DNA of 64,000 nt from Geosiphon pyriformis uo1 (Eukaryota > Fungi > Glomeromycota), in NCBI GenBank assembly GCA_016748015.1, contig JAAOMT010000031.1:400372-464371 (forward strand). Reading direction: 5' to 3'. A model generated the notes under the pieces. That model saw only the letters and a program-made list of their open reading frames with translations. It had not been told where the DNA came from and did no database searches. The position numbers were made by a program, and so were the translations under genes. This document shows, piece after piece, positions 51,283-64,000 of the stretch. How positions within the stretch are numbered: position 1 is the stretch's first letter; each line of letters begins with the position of its first letter.

Positions 51283-53229
51283 GAATCTTTCTGGTAAGCT
51301 TAATCCTTTAATTCCTAATCAAATTTAGACAGATATATTGATTGGGTTTCACAATTTTTTCTCTATATATATAAAGGGTGAATAGTAATGCCGAAATTTT
51401 TTTAAGACCCTGTAATTCAATATACAGAAATAGGGAATGGTATGAAAAAAAAAGTATTAAGTGAATATTCTTTATTACAGATAATACAGTATATGTGAAA
51501 TGATTCATGTACTAGAAGAAATCATGGGGGAACATCTTTACTTTCAGATGAAACAAATTTTAATTGAGGTATATTTTCATTCAATTATCAGCTGTCGTGT
51601 CCAAAAATAACAAAAAGGTTAATCAAGAATGAATATCAAATTTTTTTTTACTAAACTCTCCCACAAAAGCTAAGCTAACATTTTGAAATAAATATTTTTT
51701 GTTCGGCTATTTGTCTCACATCTATAATGACTTCTTTCTGCTTAGAAACCTATGACTGAATTACAAATTAAAACTGAGGATAGTAAAATGATAGAGAACA
51801 ATAACGATAAAATATTTTTTGCAAATCGAAAGGGGTTATCCATAATGTTTTATTTAATCTAAAATTATTGTTACTATTTATTGTTTATTATTATGAACAC
51901 ATCAATCTTCCGATCATGGCTAAAATCAGGTTCCTATAGTGTGATGGAATCATGATTAGACGAAATTGCTGGAGACAAAATGTCAACTAATCAATTCGTT
52001 GTTTCCCAACCGTTATTTCCCCAGAAATAAGCTCACACTACACCATAAACAAAATATTAACATCTTATTTACTCTTCTATTCCATCTTTTGCCTAAATCT
52101 TTGCTCCAATAAGCATTTCAAAGTTAACTATTTTTCTCTTTGGTTAGAGCATTAGACTATCAATCGAATAATTATTATCGGATTAAATTTCACTTGGTAA
52201 ACTTTATTAAAACTTCTATATAGAAAAATAATGTAGCCTTTAACCTTAATAGCAATTAAAAGATTTTAGAATCTTTGCTGCTGAAAAGTTTGTTGAAATT
52301 TTACCTATTTCCAAATTCTATTTTCAAACCCATTATGAAAGTTAGAGGAGACACAATGTCAAAATTTTCAAATGCACCTTATATTTCAGTTTCACTACTA
52401 ATTTTTTTTGAAGACAGTTTCTTAAAATACAATTTTATCAATCTTTATGAACATATTTAAAATTGGCTAAAAATTGATCTAAAAATTAAGATTTTCGTTT
52501 AGCATTAAAAATTTCAAGGTAATTTCAGATTCTGATAAAAATATTCCTTTGAAAAATTTAAATACAATGTAACTAAGATTTTAATTACCATTTTTGTAAA
52601 TTAACCGGATTTTTTTTATTCATTAAATAAAAACAACTAACAAAATATTCTTATTTGTTCAAATTTGTTCATTATTAAGCTAATAAATGAAATATTTTGT
52701 AACTTGAAAAGATTTCTGTTTTCGAAATTTACTATAACTTAATTTAAAAAGATTCGTCTGCTTTGATCAAAAACTGGCTGCATAACCAAGCGTTAATAGA
52801 CTCATAAAGTCAAGGTAACAAAATATCTAATCTTCTGTTCTTATAGGCTGATAAGAGTGAAACTAAAATTATGTGTATTCAAAATAGTTTGTTATTTCTA
52901 CTTTTAAATGAGTTTAATTTAAAAAAAATGGCAACTTTTGTATTTTATTTTGAAATTAAAAAGGTACAGATATAAAATAATTCATAATTGTTCAAGATAA
53001 CGAACATATTAATTGCTCACTGAAGAAACTCAACATGAAAAAAATCCCCAGACTCGAATATTTCTTATTGAAAAATTATACGCAGCCAAGAGCAAATAAA
53101 ATAAATTCTTTAAAATGATAAATATAATTTAATGTAGTTTTTTATTTTTCGCTATTATTTATCGTATTGTGACCGATTTGGGAAACAACAATTTTTTTCT
53201 CGAGTAAATATTAAAATTATTAAAAAAAC

Positions 53230-53990
53230 ACATCACATGTTATCAAAAATTTGTATTTCTACCTCGTGCCTATGTCCCTTTCAAATAATCGATATCAATT
53301 CTATCCCAGGCAATTTGTAACTTTTCCCACAGCTCATTTCTATTGGGAAAGTAGACCAGGGAGCTTTCAGCTACGCATATTTACTTCATTCCATAGATGT
53401 TAAATCGGGTTTAAGTCAGGAGATTGAGATGGCCAATCAAGTAATGCAATTTCATTTTCGTTTTACTGGAGTGTTTCTGATCATTATCGTACTGGAAAAG
53501 AATTTCATCCTTATCCAGGATTGTCTCCAAAAGTGAACCTAATAAATTTTATTCAATATATCAACGTAGTCATTTGCATTCATTTTGCCATCAATTTTCG
53601 GAGCTCACCAACTCCATTAATAGTCATGCAACCCAAACCATAATTGAGCGACCACCAAATTTACAGTTGTTATAATATGGTCCATCTGACCCGAATGACT
53701 GGTACTTGCTTTCGTCAAACCAGACTACTCGTCGCCAGTCATCAACCGTAATTTTTTTGTCCAAGTAAGTCGGCATTTTTTGTGTATAGTTGTGAACTGT
53801 GGTTTTTTACGCTTGATTCTGGCACATCACTCATGCCTTCCACTGATAATTGAACTCCTAAGTTAGTTTGGAGTTGGTATTGGATTTAACCGCGTGGAGC
53901 ATTTTCTGGATGTTATAAGTCCGTTCATAACAATCTGAAAGAGTGCTTGGGCGACCAAGTTTTGGTTTATCATTGAAGCTCTCTTTATTT
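53230..53990 (-). mobile_element. Tc1-family (DD34E-type) transposase pseudogene
   Basis: Minus strand: GRPSTLS, VVWFDESK, VKFGGRSIMVW, IDGKMNA, FQYDNDQKH, WPSQSPDLNPI. Frameshifted. Confidence 0.88.
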
Positions 53991-56900
53991 TTCCAGCAAA
54001 AAATGCTATTACAAAAACTGGAAAATGAATTACCCAATATTTGATCTCTTATTGTTGAGGAAAAAATCATTAGCTGAAAAATAAAAATTGACATTGAAGA
54101 CTTATTTATACAAAACAACTTAATTGTGTGAAAAAATGATTCCTTAAAATCCTCCAGCATATTATAAAAACCCAAAAAGTTTGACCTTATTTTTCAAATT
54201 GTTTCAATAATAATTTATTGAAAAAAAAATAAAGCAAATAAAAAGGTTGAATTCATACAAAAATCAAGAGTAAATGGGCATTTCAATTATCATAATATTT
54301 AAAAAAGAGTAAAAATACATTTATTGTGTCAATTATTGCCAATTAAATGTAATTACAGAACATAAATATATATCTGTTTTACAAAATTGAATTAATAGCA
54401 AATAAATCCTGAAAGTTAACAAAAAACTGTTTTTATCATGAAATACAAAACTTATAAATTTACAATCAATGAATAAAGTGTTTGAATCAATTAAAGCTTT
54501 ATTTTCGTTTATTTAGATACGATCTATCAGTGACTCGGACGATGATACCGGTATTTGTCAATGCTTGAATTATATAAAATTAGTATTGAAAATTCTTTTT
54601 TCTTAATTATAATGGTAAATCGGCACCATAATTCATAAAAAACAGAAAACTTAAGATTGGAGTCTTTGGCTTATATTTCAAATTAGTAAAACCCGATTCT
54701 AAAATTTTTCATATGATTATTTAACCCTTAATAATGACCATGAAGGTAAAAGTAATACACACTACCACCAAATCGTATTTGAGTCTTATACTGATTTAAA
54801 ATTTACAAACTATTTTTGTACTTTTAATACTTTGAGGATAAACACTTTATTATCTTTTTTTATATTTGATTAATCATAAAATTAATGGAAATATTAATGA
54901 AAACTACTTTGTAATTTATTTATAAAAAACTATTATTGAATAAGCAATTATTAGTTTAACTTAAAAATTATATATTCAATCCAAAATGCTTTTGGAGAAA
55001 CTGTGGTAGATTTGTTTAATCTCACCAATTCTGTAGTTGAAAAAAATGCACAAATAATAATAATTATGTTTTTTAGACTTGATATTTATAATATTGTTTT
55101 ATGTTCAGAATTTTTTGCTAATTAAAGTTAATAGTTTTGTAACTGATTCTTTTATTTTTTATTTTACAATAATTTATTTGGTTTTTTTCTTATATTTTTA
55201 ATTTAATTTTTTTATGTTTGTTCAATTCTTATTTTTTACTTTTTATTTTACAAAAAACTTTAAAATTAATATACATTTACAATAAATTTTAATTATAAAA
55301 TTATTATTTTTTCTTATAAATTATTAATTAGTAATAAATCACAAAAGTCAAATTCCATTTAATTTCAAGATTTATTAAACAAAAGTTTTGACTTGGTTAT
55401 TAACAAATACATTATAGATGTAAAAATCTTTATTTTGAGTTGATCAAAAATTAATAGGTATAAAAAACATTAAACAAGTTAAATAAAATAAAACAAAAAT
55501 AAAGATATATTATAATCGTTCAAATTGAATAAGATTCTCAAACATAAATAATTTTAATTAAAGTTATTTAATTTTTAAAATTTTGATATTAATTAATGTT
55601 TCTCTAAAAAAAAATTGAATTAATTAATCTTGATTTTTGCCTTTTGCCTTTTGCCTAAAATTTATTAAATAAAAACTCAATATTTAGTTACATCTTAATT
55701 TTTAAAAAATATCAGTAAAAATATTGTTCAACTTATTTGAGTCTTATAAATAAATTTAATATCAAATTATTTACCTTTATTATATAACGTTATATTTGGT
55801 TTTATGTAAAAATTGAAAAGTCTTAAATATGTGACTTGAGTTATAATCTGATCAATTATGATTTTGAAACATGACTAACTTTTGAAATTTTCATTAATAA
55901 TTTTAACAAAAAATAATTATAAATTTTATATTATTTAAAGAATATGTATAATTTTAACACAAAAATTTAAAATATATTTAAATTTATTAAGTAAATCAAT
56001 TTGGATTAAAAAAAAATATATTAATTAAAATATATTAACAAATTTTTATGTTGAAAGTAAAATAATCTATTAATAAGTTTGAACTTTAAAACATATAATT
56101 GCAATTGTTACCATTTGTAATATTGTACCATTTTTTTATTTGCCTCAGTTCTTTTATTATTTTTTAATTAAATTATTATTTCTTCCAATTACACTATCTT
56201 TTTTTCCTATCAATAATATTGTTCAATAAAAAACAATTTATTACCACATCAATGTTTATTTTATTTATAAATAATAATTATTCTTAAATAAAACGGGTTT
56301 TAAATTTTTTGAAACATTATAAAAGTCAAAAATAAATTTAATCTATTTTAAAAGAATAGAAAATCTTTGGATTAAATACCAAAATTTAAATGGGTGTTAA
56401 ATCAAATTATAATTTCAACAGAGTAATAATTCTAAGCATATTAACAGTCTTATTTCTTTTTTCTGGAAAGAATAATTCCCAAATTTATGTATTAGCAATC
56501 TAATAGTTTAAACTTTGAATTTTATTGAAAATTTGAAGTATTTTTAAAAATAATGTAAAAAATAAATACACTAAAAATCTTAATAAACTGGAAAATATTT
56601 CATAGATAATTTTAATTAATCGTGCAAGATCAATAAAAATAATAATGTAAACTTGCTATTGATTTTCGACTATCAACAATTTATTGCTTATGTACATTAA
56701 AATGTGGCAATCAATTTTCTAATTTCAGTATTTTTTGTGCTAAGTTGTATTTATATATTAATACTTTTTCTTTGATAAAAAATAAAACTAAGTATCACTT
56801 AAACCGATATCCAAAAAAAGGGAGCTCAAAAATTGGTTAACAATGTTACATAAGATGGAAAAAAAATTATTTATATTTATTCTTAAGTCCTTGGGTTTGC

Positions 56901-59149
56901 TGACAGATCTTAATTCTTATTTAAATAAAAATAGAAACTACATTAAATGATATTTATTTTAAAAATTATATTTATTTACTTTTGGTCGCATATAATTCTT
57001 CAATGGCGAGATATTCGAATCTCACCATTTTTTCGTGCTCAGTTTTTTTTTTGCGAACACGCTTAGGTAATTTTTGGACCCCAATTTTAGGCCACTTTAG
57101 AATAAGATCAAAACAGATATTTGAGAAGTACAAATCCAAAAATGCACAAAGTTTCAAATTTTTTTAATTTTTGAGTTTTCATATATTTTCCGGGGAAGGC
57201 TATTAACACCGATCTCAGATTATAAAGAAAAATTATGGTGAAATTCAACCAAACCACTATTCTAAAAGAAATTAACTTGAAAATTTTCAAATTTCAAATT
57301 TCAAATTTCCTTATATTTAATTATTATTATTTTTGAGTAAAAAATTCCAAGAAATAAAATCACAAGACTTCATGGTGTTTTATGTCTGACATTTTATAGC
57401 ATAATAATTTATTACATTTAAATGATAAATTTCTTCGTAATAATAATTGTAATTGATATTTTAAAGTCAAAAAAAGTAGTCTTATAATCGAAATTCAGAC
57501 TAAGTAACAATTATTTTATGTGCATTTTTTATCATATTAAGCTTTAAAATAAACTTCATTTATGACAATTTACAATAATGTTTTTAACCAATTTTATTTT
57601 GACTTTTATAATTTTGACATGATTATGAATTACCAATTATTTTAGTCACAACAAAATAAATGAAAAAAATGTCACTTCTATTTTGACTAAAAAACCAGCA
57701 AATGAAAAAAGAATTGCGATTTTGAATAAACCTGTAAGGAAATCCTACATATATTAATAACAACATTGGATAAGTTGGAGAACAATTAAAAAGTTAAAAA
57801 AGTTTACATCTTCAAAAAAGGTAGTTGTAAACACAATAAAGAAAGTATAAAGCTTTAAAGCTGCAGCTATTATAGAAATCAAAATTAAATTAATTTTTTT
57901 TTAATTTAAATAACATCATTATATATTTAAAAACTTGCAACCAATATCTTAAAAATTTGCAAAAAGTTTTTAGTCTTTGATAAAATATTGAACTTAAAAT
58001 TATTATTTTTTGTACAACAGTACTTTCAAAAACAATGTCTTATTCAAATTTAAACACAAAAATTTATATTTTTTGATTACTTTATTTTTAATAATTATAT
58101 ATTAAATAAGAAATTATATTGATGTTTTATTGTGTCTCCGTTTAATTTAAACGTTTTTTACGAATTCGAATTGGATTTCAAAATTTTTTTTATAAATATC
58201 CATCAGAAAATATCTTTCAATGGAATAACACAATAAAAATTTGGATCAATTTAAAATTTCACTTATGAATTAATAGCTGGAAAAAAACAAAAAATTGTGT
58301 TAGTATCATAATAATATGATCTTACCCTTTATTCATAAATTTAAAACACTACATGTCTTTAAAAAATATGCTTTCAATCTGGTAGTATTGAAATAATAAG
58401 CCTTGAATACAATAAATTGTTTTTGATCATTACTTCAATCAACTTAAATACCCAATACACAAAAAAAATTGACATATATTTTTTTATAAATAATACAAAA
58501 TATTATAAAACTAAAAAATTGAATACTTTTTGAATATTTGAATTTATTTTCTTTTTCCAAATATAACATTTTACACATAAACGATTGATCAAAGTCTTAT
58601 TTATAATTTGTTATTGTTAGTCAATTATCAACATAATTTTTGCTAAAATTAAATTGAGCTCTAATTTTATGTTTAGTTTTTCTACTATTTCAGATACAAT
58701 TGTATTTTCTGCTACTGCTTGAAATTCTGTAACCTGAGTTACAATTCAAAGCTGTTGGGATTGTGCAGACATATTTTCTTCTTCTAAATCTTCTAGTAAT
58801 ATTCATGATCATAAACTTGTAAATTTTACTCTTAATAATAATAATGAATTTACAGAACTTATTTATCAATTTTTCGGAAACTTTTCATTCTTTAATTCTA
58901 ATAGAATATATTCAAATTAATAATCAAATGATAAGTGACATATGATGAAATCACTCAATTTGTGACTAGTAAGAAGCAATAACAAATGTTTTAAGAGTTG
59001 AAAAATAATACGGTTTTTACAACAAGATAATAATGTAGATATGGACTTTGAAGCTATGAAGATATTAAATATTTTGAAATCATTGTATCATCCGCAAAAT
59101 TCATTAAAATTTATATATTACGTTGATGATTGAAAATAAAAAATAAATC

Positions 59150-59800
59150 AATTAAATCAAGCTCCATAAAAACCAGACATGATTTATTTATTTCTTGTGT
59201 TAAATAATTTACATAGTAGCGAATATGGCATTTATTCTACTTATTAATGAATATGTATACAAATATGGTCATAATAAGATCTGCTACTCTATTGGGTTGG
59301 ATTCAGTAAGTTTTATACTAACTTCAATTTCAATATTATTATAAGTGCTCAATGGGATTTAGATTGTGGGGCCAATCAAGACCTCAAAATTATCGTCTCC
59401 AAAACACTTCTTGTGGTCATTATTCTGTTGAAAAATTATGTCCTGTGAATCCAAATCAAATTGGTTTAACGCATTGATAAAATCATCTGTAAGTATTTTT
59501 CTACCGTTTGCCATTCAATTTTCCTTTAATATGACAGAGATTGCCAATGCCATGCGTTATAAAAAAACTCCACACCATGATACCACTCCCACCAAATTTT
59601 ACTGCTGGCTGTTTTAATAATAACATTTAATGATATTGTCGATTTGATTTTTTTTTGAATTTCTGTTGAACATTGTTGAATAAGAATAAGGCGAACAATT
59701 CTTTGTTCATCACGTTTAGTTAAAAGTCACAGGCCTCCAAATCTGTGCTTATCCGTGAAACTACCAATTTCATTTTTACTTAATTTATTTGGCTTTTAAG
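59150..59800 (-). mobile_element. Degenerate Tc1-like transposase remnant
   Basis: Minus strand QPAVKFGGSGIMVW near 59590 and NPIE near 59290. Confidence 0.7.
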
Positions 59801-61129
59801 TATAAAAGGTTTTTATTTTATTCATTAAAATTGGTATTTAAGTTTGCAATAGATCTCAAAATCTTTGAAAGTTAGTTTACTGATACAAGATTATATGCAA
59901 AAACTGCTGCTTTTTTGGTTCTTTTTTTTATTGATTTTGCTAATTTTATAATTGATTCCAAGTTGACTTCTTTGGATTTCAAATTGGTAAAGTTGGCTTT
60001 ATTAATTAGATTTATTGATAAGTAATTGGTTGCTTGGTTATAAAGTTAATAAATATTTTATTTAGTAGTGATTTTGAAGTAAAAAATAAAATTTTTGTTA
60101 TAAAAAAGCAAGTTACCATTTTTAATAAAGTTTTGAATAATTTAAACAAAAAATAATTAATTTTAATATAGAATATAGTGTAAAATAGTCTTTTTAATAA
60201 TAATATAACCCAGATTTTTCTGTTGGAAAAGAAAATTTTGCTAGATTAATAGTTTTTTGGAAGCTTTAAACTCTTAATACCAAGTTTAATACAGATATGA
60301 CTGTAATAATTAGCCAGTTTGGTTTTTAGTAGTAATAACTTTAAGTTTTCTTCTTTAAATTTAGTGTAGTTTAGTTTTAACTGGCTTAAATAACTAGTTA
60401 TGTATAAAAAATAAATTATAATTAATTTAAAGTTTATTATGGCTGTATTATATTAGATAGTAATTAGATTATATTAATTAAAGTTGTAAAAAAAATATTT
60501 TTTAAACCAAAAATTATTTTACTATCTAATTTTTTTTATTAAATATTTTAAATAAGAAAATATTGATTAGATAATTGTAATTTTAAAAGAGTTATATTAA
60601 TGAAATATTTTACATGTTAAATTTTAAAAAATTTTATTCAACTTAAAATTTTCTTATATTTAATACAAAATAAAAAATAATTGCAATAACAAATATATTC
60701 AAAGTAAATATTTAATAAATATATCATTGCAAAACCATTTTCAATAACAATAAGTTTAACAGATTTTAAAAATAAAAATTTTAATATTATAAACCAATGG
60801 TGAAATCAATTAATAATCATATGTATGCATATAATTTCAACTTTTACTGTGGTCCCAGCAAAGGTAAGCGGTGATCTTATCACCATAGAATGGTTTTTTC
60901 TGAAGGATGAGTACATGATACTCCAACCTTATATATACCGTTTAGCCTAAAGAACTTTAATTAGAAACTTCTTTTTATAGCTACAAAAAAAGATCATGAG
61001 AGAATAGAATCCAACATTATCTATCCCGCGTTACTAATATGTAACTAGTACTACGAGACTATAAAAAAATCAAAACATTTTCACACCACAATCCCTCATT
61101 TAACTTCTATAAATTAAACGTTTCTTCCT

Positions 61130-62430
61130 GTTCCCATCTGTCGCTCAACCAGGTACTCTTCCCACGGGTCCAGTTGCTCCATAATAGATTAGAACTTTCA
61201 TAGGGGGTAAAATGATATCGTGTCATTTTAGTGCGAGAAGGCGATTTGTCACATCTGGATGTTTTTCGAAAACTTTCACTACATAACTGTGCAGATTGTG
61301 ATAATTTTCAATCGAAATGCAAATGTTTAGAAATTATATTAAACATCATAGAACGTGTAATAAATCTCTCCATCTCCTTCTTTATAAAGAACCTCACCTG
61401 GGGCAGGAATAACCCGAAGTTATATTGGTCCCAGAGTAGATAGAACATTCCGAGTCGAACCCCACAGTCCATAATCAAAGCATTCTCGGAATCCCGATGT
61501 AGAAACCTACTCGAATAGGAAGATGTGATTTAGCGAACTAAAAAATAAAGTTAATAAGGGAACCGAATAACACAATCGACGGCTTCTAGTAAGAACAATT
61601 ACTCACAGTACTTCCTCTTTCACTTTACGAATTGCTGACTGGCAATAGTCTAGCAAAATTAGTGATACATTGGTACCATCCACGATTTACTATGAAAATA
61701 TAAAAAATTTTAGATCAAATAAAATTGTTTACGTGCATGAGTTAATAAAATATTACCTGCTTCGCACCCTCGAGGTTTGTCTTCTCCATGCTTAAACCAA
61801 CCAACCATCCATACCGAAACTTGCTTCTTGATCCACTCGGCGTTGTCTAAATTATTAGAATATTCCGAATTTTCTGAATATTCAGGCTCTGGATGGTAAG
61901 AGTAGTCACTTGACTCGGACGAAATCTGAAATTTCCGACTTAGCGCTTTCTTCGAGATGCGAGAACTAGTGATCTATTTATATTAAACGATTAATATGTT
62001 AATAAGAGTGAAGAATAATACCTAAAGAAATTACGCGCCCGGATTGCATTTTATGACAAGAATTGGCATAAACATCAGCAATTTCATGTGCATCTTCTTT
62101 ACAAGGCTTAACTGCACGACAAATCGATCTAAATGTCACATTGAATTAACTTTTTGCGTTCTATTGATGACATCGGAATACCGAAACCACCATCCTAGTT
62201 CCGCACAGTAGAATAAAAAATCCTTATCATTCATATTTCCCTTCCCCTTGATATGCTAATCATCACATCACTACAAGATAGCGAGACAATGTAGATACCT
62301 TCGAATTTTAAATAGTTGTGACCTTCCCATCCTTTCCTCTTGCAAGAAAGCCGAGTGTCGCTTCTTGTAATTTAACTTGTGAATTGCAATATTTGATTTT
62401 GTTCCTGTCATCTTTCCATTTCTATAATGA
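61130..62430 (-). pseudogene. Probable intron-containing pseudogene of unknown family
   Basis: Exon-like blocks with normal CpG content and GT/AG boundaries, for example IVDGTNVSLILLDYCQSAIRKVK and SLNHIFLFE. Internal stops and phase inconsistencies. Confidence 0.4.
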
Positions 62431-62484
62431 TAAAGAAAAAAAGAAGAGCGAGCTTTAGTCACACATGAGAGAGCAAAGATTAGT

Positions 62485-64000
62485 GGCCACGGTGAACATT
62501 TTATTCAAAACCTTCTAGACCTTTCGCCACCCGATGTGCCGCAAGAGTTTGCTAACAACATTCCTCTTCCATTAATAAGAAGACCACGGCCAACTTTTCG
62601 TTGAACACCAGATAGACCTTCCATCATCTGGTGTGCCGCAAGGAGTTTGTTGGCAACATTCCTCTTCCATTAATAAGAAGACCACGGCCAACTTTTCGTT
62701 GAACACCAGATAGACCTTCCATCATCTGATGAGGCGCAAGGGGTTTGTTTGCGACATTCCCCTTCTAATCATAAGAAAACCACGGCCACTTTTTTCGTTG
62801 AAAACATGATAGACCTTCGGTCATCTGGTGTGCCGCGAGAGGTTTGTTGGCAACAATCCTCTTTTATCAGTAAGATGACCACGGCCAACTTTTCGTTGAA
62901 CACCTGATAGACCTTCCATCCTCTGGTGTGCCGCAAGGAGTTTGTTGACAAGATTCCCCTTCTATTCATAAGAAGACCACGGCCAACTTTTCGTTGAACA
63001 CCAGATAGACCTTCCATCCTCTGGTGTGCCGCAAAAGGTTTGTTGGCAACATTCCTCTTCTATTCATAAGAAGACCACGGCCAACTTTTCGTTGAACATC
63101 AGTTAGACCTTCCATCATCTGGTGTGCCGCAAGGGGTTTGTTGGCAACATTCCTCTTCCATTAATAAGAAGACCACAGCCAAATTTTCGTTGAACACCAG
63201 ATAGACCTTCCATCCTCTGGTGTGCCGCAAGGAGTATGTTGACAAGATTCCCCTTCTAATCATAAGAAGACCACGGCCACTTTTTTCGTTGAACACCTGA
63301 TAGACCTTCGGTCATCTGGTGTCCCGCGAGGGGTTTGTTAGCAACAATCCTCTTTTATCAGTAAGATGACCACGGCGAACTTTTCGTTGAACACCTGATA
63401 GACCTTCGGTCATCGGGTGTGCCGCGAGGGGTTTGTTGGCAACAATTGCTCTCCTATTCATAAGAAGACCACAGCCAACTTTTCGTTGAACACCAGATAG
63501 ACCTTCCATCCTCTGGTGTGCCGCAAGAGGTTTGTTGGCAACATTCCTCTTCCATTCATAAGAAGACCACGGCCAACTTTTCGTTGAATACCAGATAGAC
63601 CTTCCATCCTCTGGTGTGCCGCAAGGAGTTTGTTGGCAACATTCCTCTCCTATTCATAAGAAGACCACGGCCAACTTTTCGTTGAACACCAGATAGACCT
63701 TCCATCCTCTGGTGTGCCGCAAGAAGTTTGTTGGCAACATTCCTCTTCCATTCATAAGAAGACCACGGCCAACTTTTCGTTGAACACCAGTAACACCTTC
63801 CATCATCTAGTGTGCCGCAAGGAGTTTGTTGACAACATTCCTCTTCCATTCATAAGAAGACCACAGCCAACTTTTCGTTGAACACCAGATAGACCTTCCA
63901 TCCTCTGGTGTGCCGCAAGAAGTTTGTTGGCAACATTCCTCTTCTATTCATAAGAAGACCACGGCCAACTTTTCGTTGAACACCAGTTAGACCTTCCATC
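62485..64000. repeat. Satellite tandem array, 98-bp unit, about 15.5 copies, running off the window end
   Basis: ACCAC(G/A)G recurs at 62583, 62681, 62779, 62878, 62976, 63074, 63172, 63270, 63369, 63468, 63566, 63664, 63762, 63860 and 63958. Confidence 0.97.

Noticed and set aside
59800-60800. Decayed Gypsy gag fragment
   Set aside because: The composition is suggestive, but there is no diagnostic motif.
62580-62680. 5S rRNA array or CENP-B box (TTTCGTTGAACACCAGA)
   Set aside because: The unit is shorter than 5S and similarity is limited to CACGGCCA. The CENP-B-like 17-mer lacks the CGGG core.
62720-62750. Hammerhead ribozyme core (CTGATGAG)
   Set aside because: Present in only one unit (others read CTGGTGTG), with no correctly placed GAAA or stems II/III on that strand.
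62769-63849. Minus-strand ORFs in the satellite as a repeat protein
   Set aside because: The 98-bp unit is not a multiple of three, so frames rotate and hit stops.
62485-64000. CRISPR array
   Set aside because: Units repeat in full with no unique spacers, there are no cas genes, and the context is eukaryotic.

Overview
Very AT-rich eukaryotic DNA with spliceosomal introns. Sel1/TKL kinase fragments, a class-3 lipase and the transposon content suggest a Glomeromycota/Mucoromycota fungus, possibly Geosiphon-like (inference, not verified). Bases 1-38.4 kb are a nested retrotransposon cluster. It holds a full-length Ty3/Gypsy element on the minus strand (3383-11018), two full-length LINEs with APE, RT and RNase H (about 11480-18240 and 19052-35765), and a second Gypsy element (25693-35655) inserted in the 3' UTR of the second LINE. 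That second Gypsy carries a dUTPase and Cys-rich modules. Both Gypsy elements have an extra ORF just before the polypurine tract and appear to share a tRNA primer site. All these elements are inactivated mainly by C>T/G>A transitions, with few indels, and parts of the flanking AT deserts are still recognisable as ghosts of the same LINE family. This points to a repeat-directed, RIP-like hypermutation process. The right part of the window has a Sel1/kinase pseudogene, three Tc1 remnants, an intact 9-exon two-TM gene with DEG/ENaC-like motifs, an intact secreted class-3 lipase homolog lacking the catalytic Ser, a probable pseudogene, and the start of a 98-bp satellite with intact CpGs and a higher-order repeat.
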